A DNA stretch of 63,941 bases, filler included, from Vannella sp. (Eukaryota): NCBI GenBank assembly GCA_023345925.1. It is 7 parts of 7 records of this genome, joined end to end, with 100 filler letters (N's around TTAATTAATTAA, not from the genome) between each part and the next. Parts side by side here need not be neighbours in the genome. Positions count along the whole stretch, not along the records: positions 39,985 to 61,790 come from JAJQQN010000011.1; positions 61,891 to 63,941 come from JAJQQN010001232.1; 5 more parts are not named here. One strand, 5' to 3'. Below, in pieces: positions 55,153 to 63,941 of the stretch. A program made the position numbers and the translations under genes. Positions within the stretch are counted from its first letter, which is position 1; each line of letters begins with the position of its first letter. Below the pieces are notes generated by a model that did not search any database, had not been told where the DNA came from, and saw only the letters and a list, made by a program, of their open reading frames with translations.

Positions 55153-56566
55153 ATGGATCTCTCCCTGACCCTTGAACAAGCTGACCCTGAGCTCTTCGCT
55201 CTTGTCAAGCGGGAAGAGAAGCGCCAAAGAGAGCACTTGGAGTTGATTGCTTCGGAGGTGAGGCTGCTGTGCTTTTGGAACCCTTCGCTGACCTGACGCA
55301 GAACTTTACTTCACGTGCAGTGTTAGACTGCTTGGCCACTTGCTTAACGAACAAGTACTCTGAAGGAGTTGTTGGAAAGCGATACTATGGAGGTAACGAG
55401 ATCATCGACAAGGTGGAGGCCCTCTGCCAGACGGTAAGTTCGGAACCTTCTTCCCTCTCTCTCTGACCTTCAGCTAGAGAGCTCTCGAAGCTTTCCATCT
55501 CAACCCAGAAGAGTGGGGTGTTAACGTTCAGCCCTACTCTGGAAGTACCGCCAACTGGTGCGTTTACGTCGGCCTGTTAAAGCCACACGATCGCATCATG
55601 GGCCTCGATCTGCCTTCTGGAGGTCACCTCACGCATGGCTATCAAACAGATAAGCTCAAGATCTCAGCCACTTCCATCTACTTCGAGTCGATGCCTTACG
55701 GAGTTCGCCCTGACGGATACATCGACTACGATCGCTTGGCTGACTCGGCAGCACAGTTCCGCCCCAAGATGCTCATCTGCGGACACAGTGCTTATCCTCG
55801 TGATCTGGACTTTAAGAGGTTCCGCGAGATCGCTGATAGCGTGGGAGCCAAGCTGTTGTGCGACATGGCCCACTTCAGCGGCATCGTGGCAGCCCAGGAG
55901 TGTAACAACCCTTTTGACTACTGTGATGTGGTGACCTCCACTACCCACAAGACTCTTCGAGGACCCCGTGCTGGTGTTATCTTCTACAAACGTGTCTACC
56001 AGAGTGCGATCGACTTCGCTGTGTTCCCCTCCGTCCAAGGAGGACCACACGAGAACTCCATTGCTGGTGTAGCCACTGCCATGCTCCAGGCAAGCACTCC
56101 TGAGTTCAAAACTTACATCCAACAGGTCAAGAGCAACGCGCGCACCCTTGCAGCTGAGTTGATTGCTCTTGGCTACCAAGTTGTCACTAACGGCAGCGAC
56201 AATCACATTGTTCTATGGAACCTGAGGGAGCAAGGCCTGACAGGGTCCAAGATGGAGAAACTCTTCGAGTTGGTGAACATCACTGTCAACAAGAACTCCA
56301 TTGCTGGAGATACTAGCGCTCTCAGCCCATCTGGTGTGCGACTGGGAACTCCTGCCCTGACATCCCGTGGCATGAGCGACGACGACTTCAAACAGATCGC
56401 CAACTTCCTCGATCGAGGTGTGAAGATTGCCTTAGACATCCAAGAGAAGTCTGGCAAGACGTTGAAGGCTTTCGAAGCCGCTCTGGAAGCAGGTAACGAC
56501 GCCATGAGGCTCCTCCAGCAGGATGTGTGCACCTTTGCTTCCAAGTTCAAGATGCCTGGTTTCTGA
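55153..56566 (+). CDS. SHMT: Serine hydroxymethyltransferase (3 exons)
   Basis: [51 protein letters not shown]. Confidence 0.98.
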
Positions 56567-56679
56567 GACACTGACCGGGAAGCCAGCCTTATTCCAACGA
56601 TATCCCACCACTGTGGACAACGAATGACTCTTTAAATACTTCTGAAAGTGGTTGCATCAGGACGGGCTGACGGCTTCTA

Positions 56680-57951
56680 TCAGAGGGGAACGTCGACTTC
56701 GTTCTGAACCATCTGCTGAATGGTTTGTTTGGCACGAAGGAGAACTGCCTCTCCTGAACATCTGAGAAGGACTTCTGGTGCCTCTGGGAAGGAGTTGTAG
56801 TTCTTGGCAGACATGCTCGAGCAATAGGCCCCTGCTCCACCCACAAGTAACAGATCACCAATCTCTGTAGCAGGGAGGGTTGTGGGAACGAGGCCGCCAG
56901 CCTCATCACGAAGGGAGATGAGGTCACCGGACTCACAACAATGCCCGACGATGCTCACGTTGATCTCTGGGAGGCCTTCCCTTCCAGTGCCTTGGGGAAC
57001 GAGTTGGAAAGGGTGAGCAGCATTGTACATGGTGGGACGGAGGATCTCGGTCATCCCCGCGTCGAGTTTCAGGAATATGTTGCCCGAGCCATCAGGGAGG
57101 TGAGTGTGGACCTTGTCCATGACTGTAGTAAGAAGGACACCTGCTAAGGCAGCAAGGTGTGTTCCTGGCTCGAGCTCCAGACGAATCTGACGGCCAGTTT
57201 GCTCAGCATAAGAGACAAGCTTTGCACCAACCAGTTTCCCCACTTGCTGGAGGTCAGAAGAGTGACCTGTCATACGATCAACCTTGAAACCTCCTCCCAG
57301 GTTCAGCGTGTGGGCATCGGTGAAGATAGACAGCAGACGAGAGCTGTCCTCTGCCACTTGCTCCCAAACAGCGGGGTCCGTGCCTGATCCAATGTGAGTA
57401 TGCACTCGAACGATCTTCAGTTGATGCTTCAGAGCCACCTCCTTCGCTTCATCACAGCAGCCTGCCCAGATGCCAAAGGCGGAGCTCTGCCCTGCCACAT
57501 TGGTTTTCACGTGACCGCCTGATCCCACACCGGGATTGATTCGCACTCCCACCTCCTCACCAGGGAAGTGCTCTCCAAACCAATCCAGTTGGTGCAGGGA
57601 GCAAGCGTTGAAGTGGACACCACCGCGGAGGAGATGAGGCGATTTGGGGAGCTCTTGGGAGCTTAGGCACAAGTGGGCCGGTGGAATCCCATACAAAAGG
57701 GCTCTCTCTATCTCGTAACCAGAGCTGACATCGAACTGCAGTCCCAGCGAGTGGAAGAGGCGCAGAACTGTGCGGTTTGGAAGCGCTTTCATGGCAAAGC
57801 GTGGAGTGAAGCCGAACGGTGCTTTGACACTAGTAACCTCCTCAGCCATTCTCCGAAGCTGTCCTTCATCATACACATAGCACGGACTCCCAAACTGTGA
57901 AGCGATCCTGGTCCAAACGGCATCTGAACACCCAAACAGCTGCGGAGGCAT
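56680..57951 (-). CDS. lysA: Diaminopimelate decarboxylase
   Basis: PCYVYD, RFAMKA (PLP Lys), HIGSG, LNLGGG, LEPG, GHCCESGD, GAYCSSM..NYNS; intronless. Confidence 0.92.
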   Translation of the reverse strand: MPPQLFGCSDAVWTRIASQFGSPCYVYDEGQLRRMAEEVTSVKAPFGFTPRFAMKALPNRTVLRLFHSLGLQFDVSSGYEIERALLYGIPPAHLCLSSQELPKSPHLLRGGVHFNACSLHQLDWFGEHFPGEEVGVRINPGVGSGGHVKTNVAGQSSAFGIWAGCCDEAKEVALKHQLKIVRVHTHIGSGTDPAVWEQVAEDSSRLLSIFTDAHTLNLGGGFKVDRMTGHSSDLQQVGKLVGAKLVSYAEQTGRQIRLELEPGTHLAALAGVLLTTVMDKVHTHLPDGSGNIFLKLDAGMTEILRPTMYNAAHPFQLVPQGTGREGLPEINVSIVGHCCESGDLISLRDEAGGLVPTTLPATEIGDLLLVGGAGAYCSSMSAKNYNSFPEAPEVLLRCSGEAVLLRAKQTIQQMVQNEVDVPL

Positions 57952-58059
57952 CCTAGCTGGCAAAGAATGATCGCTTCAGAGCGATCTCTTAGCAGGAGCA
58001 AGTCTTGTAAGTCAGGTTCTCGTTGTATTAGAACTGTTTGGACGACCAATGGAGGTCGT

Positions 58060-58800
58060 TTACTCCTTTGGAGCATCGAGCTGGGCGAGCATGTGCTCCG
58101 CAGAGGAGGTGTTGTACCTATTTTGCATCTGATGAGAAGATGAGAGGAGAGGAGGTCGTTAACTCACTCAGCTGAGGTCTCCTGAATGAACTCTTTGACG
58201 ACCTTTCCGTTCTCGATGAGAAGGGAGAAGCTGCACGGGGGTGAGTGATCGGCCTCATCTTCGAGAACCTGAGTGTCTTGATTGCTTACCGCTTCGATCG
58301 CACTCCAAGGTTGACGCTGGTCAGGTCCTCTTCAAGATCGAGCTCTTTGGTGAGGGACCCGTTGTAGTCAGCAATGAAGGCAACATCGTCTTGGTTTGCC
58401 TTCAGGTCTTCTGCCCATGCCTTCATGACGAAGGGATCATTCACAGACCTAGTCACACAAGTCAGACAAGGCGGAGGAGGTTTGCTTTGCTCACAAGCAA
58501 AGGATGTGATCGACGCCCTTCTTCTTCAACTCAGCAGCCTTCTCCATGTAGGAAGGCACCTTTGGAAGGTCAATACGACAGGGATGGATAGCAGGATCTC
58601 CTTACATGCTTGCTGGAGCAGATGGGAGTGAAAGCACCAGGAAGGCCAAACAGAACAACCTTCTTGTTGCCAAACAGCTCCTTTCGGCTCAGCTTCTCGT
58701 TCTTGGCGTTAACCAACACCTCTCCCTCCAACAAGTTCACCGTCTTTGTCGAAAAGTAGCGAACCTCGCGGGCCAAGACAACACCAGAGCGCGACAGCAT
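58060..58800 (-). CDS. PRDX5: Type II peroxiredoxin (PRDX5/Ahp1-like), probable mitochondrial presequence (multi-exon)
   Basis: KKVVLFGLPGAFTPICSSKH, SVNDPFVMKAW, LGVRSKR; N-terminus MLSRSGVVLAREVRYFS. Confidence 0.93.
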
Positions 58801-58862
58801 CCCCAAAGAAGAATGCCCGTTTAATGGACTTTTTTCTTTTTCACTAATTTGTCCACACTTTC

Positions 58863-60198
58863 ATGGACACCTCTTTGGGGGAGGGCGCAGGGACTTTCTT
58901 TGTCCTCGTCCACGGGTTGTGGGGAACTAGCGCTGACTTTGAGACGCTTCGATCTTTGCTGGTGGAGAGACTTCCATCGTCACTTGTTGTAGGTACTCTC
59001 TGGATGAGGGCTTCAACTGGAGACTGACTGGAACGATCAGTTGGTCTCAACGACCAACACGCCGACCACAACGTATGGGATCAGGCGTGGAGGTCGTCGA
59101 TTGGCAGTAGAGATAGTGGATCGTCTTCTGCAACACTTATCCTTGCCTAGTAGCTTCACAAGAGCCTCCCGACATGATACAGCAGCCTTCGAAGAGGACA
59201 TGAGCGTGGCCCTGGCTCATTTGAGGAGCCGAAAGGAGGAAGGGCAGCCCAGGGCTTCACGGGTGCAACTCATTGGAGTGGGACACTCTCTGGGTGGGCT
59301 ATACCTCCGCAATGCGCTGGGTCTCCTCTTCCGCACTGGGTACTTTCACCAGGAAACGGGAGTGCTTGAGCCTTGTAGCTACTTCAGTATCTGCTCCCCT
59401 CATCTTGGGAGCCGCATACCTCCTCGAGGAGGAGGAATAGTGGGAGGGGGACTCAGGTTGGTGATGTCCGTCGGTTCGTCCGCTCGAATGCAAACAATCC
59501 GGGACTTGACCATGCAAGATGAGGCGGAGTTGCCCATTCTTTTGGAGATGAGCCAGCCTGAAAGCGTTTACGCACAAGCGCTCCGTTTATTCACCATCAC
59601 CTTAGTTAGTGTGACCCACCATGATCGCATTGTGGCGTTTGCCAGTTCGTCATTGCTTCTGGCCAACCCATTTCCACCACCAACACCTGCGACTGTTACC
59701 CTTGTGGTAGGCGCAAGTGGCTTTTCAAGTGAACATGAGGAGCTCCTACTCCAGTTCGCTGATCCAGATACTTTACTCATCAAGCGATCGACCTCCTCAG
59801 AAGCTTTGGGCGAGTTAGATTTGCTGGGACAGGACATTGAGGGGAGTTATATAACTGATACTGCTCGATTACTTGAGCTACGCCCTCAGGTGTACGAGAA
59901 TCTATGCCAACTCTCTTGGCGAAGACTGAATGTCCAATTTCCTTCAGGTGGAGCCATCGAAAGGCTTTTGACTCATCAAATGCCCCTGGCCAAAGTATCT
60001 AATATGAGATTGGGGGTAAGCGGCTCTGTCGTTTCCAAGATCAGAGTTGACAAAGGGAAAATGTAGCAGCTTTCAGGTATCAACACTCGTCAGGGAGAGG
60101 CAGAGACTCTTCTTCGCCTTTTAGTGTCATTGATCTCTTTGGACATCCAGAAATCTTGCGAAGAACCGGGAGGAAACGAAATAAGCGGCTTATCATGA
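58863..60198 (+). CDS. DUF676 lipase-like alpha/beta hydrolase
   Basis: FVLVHGLWG, TTYGIRRGGRRLA, GHSLGG nucleophile elbow, SPHLGS, DRIVAF; last exon predicted. Confidence 0.85.
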
Positions 60199-60206
60199 TG
60201 CCAAGG

Positions 60207-61760
60207 CTAAACTGGAATCATATCTATCAACTGAAGCCAGGTCAGGCATCTTTTCCCGGCATACTCGGCAGTAGGCTCGCTGGAACTGATTATGACAAAA
60301 TCTGCTCCCTCAGGCTGGGACAAGAGAATTCCATTGCCAGACTATCGAAAGATTAGTCTCATTTTGAGGAGGAAAAGTAATGACCTTTGACAGTAGCGAG
60401 GAGCATGCTTTGAAACGGGCCTCCGCAACCCTAAAACCTGGAGCAACGAAGAACTTCTTGTTTTCGAAAGGGGAGGAAAGAAATCGCTTTCCATAATCCA
60501 GCTCTGGAAGGAACATGGAGGCTTCGAGTGAGTCAAACAGCCACTCTGGCGTCATAATCCATTTGGATTCGAGACTGGCTGTCAAAATTGCGAGAGTTCG
60601 GCAATCTTGTGCAACCTTTCTGCCGTTACGAAATACTCAACTCCGGTTGGGAGGGCTTACTAGGTGGGTAACGGACTCGTCATACTTGTCCACGACTTTC
60701 CCACGGAGGCGCTTGACCATCGTCACTAACCGCTTCATCAAAGCTTCTTGATTTCCTTCCTTGAAACCTGAGAAAGTAACCACAATTTGGCTGGGTGAGG
60801 ACTTTGGACTTGTCTTCCTTCTCTTTGGGGCTAATCGTGGGCTTCCTTCCTGGAATGCCCGTTTCTGAAAGACAATATCTCAGAAAAGCGTACCAGGTCT
60901 TTCATGCTGCTTACTGTCAGTTGTGAGGACCCCTCTGATTCAAGACGGGTGATCGTCGCTTCCAACGATGAGATTCTGTCTTTGAATTGTTCCTCTCCTT
61001 TGGTGAGGGAATCAAGTTTCTGCATCAACTCTGAAATCTGGGCTAGATTTTGTTCACATCGTTGCTCCAAGACACTCGCTTGTTCGGTACTCTTTGTGAA
61101 CCGCTCATCTGCCTGCAAGAGCTCTATGGAGAGTTTCTCTTTGGCCTGGCTCTCATTCGCTTGTTGGATTTCCGTGTTGGTCAGCTTAATCTTCACTTCT
61201 GACAGCTGTTCTTGGAATGAAGCCCAAAGCTCCTCTTCATTTGAAATGGATTCTTCTTTGCACTCCTTCAACTTTCTGATAAGCTCGGCTCTGAGCTGAA
61301 GATTTCCAACCTCTAAGGTATTGATCTTCTCCTGCAGGCATGAGATCGTCTCGTTGGATCGCTTGGTGTCTGATAGTGAGGCTTGTTGGAGATCCTCAAG
61401 CGAAATTTGGAGCTCTCTCCTTCTTTTTTCCTCTTCGGAAAGTCTTTTACGAAGATCAATCTCCACACGCTCTTCGCTTTGGCGGCTGAACTTGGATTCG
61501 AGAATTGATGAATCAGGACCAAGTCCTGATCATCAATGAGTGATGCGCACAGGAAAAGGAGATGCGTACTCTGTAAACTGAGTTCAGCGAGGAGATTTTG
61601 GGTGAGAAGATCTGGAAGGACGTTAATCAGTTGAAGAGTGTGGGGGTCCATTGTCCTTGCCATGCACTTGCTTCTGCAACTTCTCCACTTGCTGACACAA
61701 GATCTTCTTCTCGCGAGCATAATCCTCTCGCAAGTGGTCAACCTGCAGCGAGCGGCGCAT
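60207..61760 (-). CDS. Coiled-coil protein with C-terminal BRCT domain(s) (multi-exon)
   Basis: Long heptad-rich segment; VVTFSGF, VTHLV and KWIMTPEWLFDSL BRCT pattern. Confidence 0.75.
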
Positions 61761-61790
61761 TGAAAATGAACCCGAAAAACTTCTTTTCCC

Positions 61791-61890
61791 NNNNNNNNNN
61801 NNNNNNNNNNNNNNNNNNNNNNNNNNNNNNNNNNTTAATTAATTAANNNNNNNNNNNNNNNNNNNNNNNNNNNNNNNNNNNNNNNNNNNN
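61791..61890. other. Artificial contig spacer
   Basis: N-run/TTAATTAATTAA/N-run. Confidence 0.99.
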
Positions 61891-62082
61891 ACAAAGAACA
61901 AGAACAAGGTGTATTGAGTGAGAGCACCAGCCTTAAGTAGTAGTGCTGAGACACGTGGCAGTGGACACCTGGCAACAGTGCGGCATGAACGGGAAGGCGG
62001 ACTGTAGGAAGATGGGTCAAGGAAGACCTACAAAGAGAGGACAGCCCTTTCGAACCCAATGCAATGCGATGACCTTTATAGG

Positions 62083-63147
62083 TTAGTGATAAGGTTCATA
62101 CACTCCAGAGGTGGAAAAAGGCGGTGCAGAGGTCTTTCCCAAGGAGATTCCGCCAGCGGTTGGGGGAACCGTACTTCCGTCATTGGCGAGCTTTTGTTGT
62201 ACCAGTGCATCCAAAATCTCCTTGTTCTTATGCTCCATGTCTGTAAGATGGGGCACAATGCTGTGGACCAACTGCAGTGCACTGGAATGGAGTTCCAGTT
62301 GCGCCACCATGTGATTGCGGAGCATCTGAATCAGATCCTCGCTATTCCTCTGACCCCAAACAGTCAATCCCTCACGTAGCTCCCACACGGGTCCGTTAGT
62401 CCTTACCTGGTCAAAGTCATTCAAGCGGTTGACAAGTTGCTGAGAATAAGTCAAAAAGTTCGACTCCATTGCGTTCTTTTGGGTCTCGCATTCTTCCAGT
62501 TTGGTGAGAACCTTCGGGTCATCGGCCTTGGGGAGGAGCTCTTTGTGCTTGTGCTTGAGAATGTCGAATTGGAGACGAGCGTCCTCCTGCTTGCCCTTCA
62601 ATTCAAAGGCCCGATCGAGTTCCTCGTGAGTGATCCGTTTGGCATGAGACACCATGATCTCAGTGACTTGACTAGCCTTCATAGAGAGTGAGAATTGCGA
62701 GGTGGGGAGGGTAGGGGTCCTACAAAGGCCATTCGAAGGGCAGAAAGTGCTTGCTCGGTCTCAGCACATCGATGAAGGGCCTCTCCAAGAGGACTAGTCG
62801 GATAAAGAGAGGAGTAGAGTGTCAAGTTCTTCGAAAGCTTCTCGCCAGTGCGAGCAAGCTCTGATCCAATCTGTCAGTCAGGGGATGACCTCATCAGATG
62901 CAGAAGCGCCACTAACTCTCAGATTCCGTCGCGTAGAGCTTGGAGTACTTCAACAAGCTCGTATTGACAGCCTTTAGTTGCTTCAAATGCTGAAACGGCC
63001 AAACATTAGTCACTCGAGGATTCTGGCCGTACTACACCAACTCCTTACCTCCTTCACCTCGTGAACGTCTTGAGGGTCCTCAGTGATGGTGGCAGCTCCC
63101 ACACTCTCCTGCAGTTTCCTCACCGAAGAAGCCAAGAAGCCCGCCAT
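62083..63147 (-). CDS. BAR-domain-like coiled-coil protein (multi-exon)
   Basis: N-terminus MAGFLASSVRKLQESVGAATITED; QEDARLQFD..KHK and helical segments typical of BAR helices 2-3. Confidence 0.6.
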
Positions 63148-63177
63148 CCTCGAAACGCCCAGGAAGTTGTGGACAAA

Positions 63178-63941
63178 TTACAAATTGGCCAAATTACACT
63201 GCGCTTGTATTTTGGACCCAAGGAAGCCGTCCAAATGCACACGTGGGCAATTTGAGTCGGGCAGGCAGAATCTCTTTAAAGGGAGGAGGATAATACTCAT
63301 GTGTCTCAGCTTATGTGTGCATGTGGCTATGAGTTGGAATAGTGCAACAACGTGGTCTGGATTGCTTATTTTCTCCTCGCTGCGGAGAGAGAGAACGAAC
63401 ACCTTTTGTTTGCATCGTGCAGTCAACTCGGCTTGCTTACTGATACGCAGAATGGGTCGGTACTCATCCAGTACCAAGAGAAGCCTTTGGATCTCCTCGT
63501 CATGAAGGAGGTACCGGACATTGCCGGTTGGTTGGCCGAAAGTAACGTACTTTAGGTCGAACTCTGGGTTCCCACTCTAGGGAGAGGACCAGTCAGTAGA
63601 GAAAGTGACGAAGAGGGACAGTGACGCACAGGAATGGCAAGCTTGTGCGAGTAAGTGCCAAAGAGCTTCTTGGGTTTCTGGCAAGTGCATAGCTTGAGCT
63701 TCTCGATCGAAGGGAAGATCACTGTGCGACACCTTGTCCCCAGAGGGATACAGAAACTGTCATACACAACATCGTACACCAGTTCTTGCTCGGCCTCCCA
63801 CACTCCATTCTCTCCCTTCCACTCCTCCGGGCGAATTCGTATCTCATGAGGGTTCTCCTCCCATCGCTCATCCCCTTTAATGGAACGTTTTACAAAAATT
63901 ACGCATCAATGATATCAACCAAGCCATCACGCACTCAAAAC
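63178..63941 (-). CDS. 3' part of a spliced hypothetical gene (runs off the window)
   Basis: Open segments WEAEQELVYDVVYDSFCIP and DLKYVTFGQPTGNVRYLLHDEEIQRLLLVLDEYRP with GT-AG junctions. Confidence 0.4.

Overview
Gene-dense eukaryotic (protist-type) genomic DNA. Seven contigs are joined by six artificial 100-nt spacers (N44-TTAATTAATTAA-N44), so gene linkage is only meaningful within a contig. Introns are mostly ~40-60 nt GT-AG, intergenic spaces are often <200 nt, and the genetic code is standard. The gene content (RWP-RK factor, Clu-LRR proteins, lysA, Gly19 ubiquitin) is compatible with an amoebozoan-like organism, but that is inference. Conserved genes include SF3B4, Nup133, NAXE, derlin, RasGAP, two PAP2 phosphatases, a BABAM2-like gene, TPI, an ABCG transporter, a GH65 hydrolase, DUS3, an HPS3-like gene, Ub-L40, SHMT, lysA and PRDX5. 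The standout observations are: (1) a 12.5-kb cluster of three intronless ~1300-1430-aa paralogs with a Clu domain + helical region + C-terminal LRRs, including a head-to-head pair in which one member has lost a conserved Glu, next to a divergent RWP-RK gene; (2) a surface LRR gene in which single LRRs are 69-nt symmetric phase-2 exons duplicated together with their introns; (3) a T4 Rnl1-like RNA ligase with spliceosomal introns and a possible mitochondrial presequence; (4) two paralogous pseudokinases sharing the same Lys->Gln and DFG->GF[A/S] changes; (5) an arrestin-dysferlin-domain fusion; (6) a perfect 28-bp palindrome in a bidirectional promoter. All family assignments are by eye from motifs, and exon boundaries are manual predictions.
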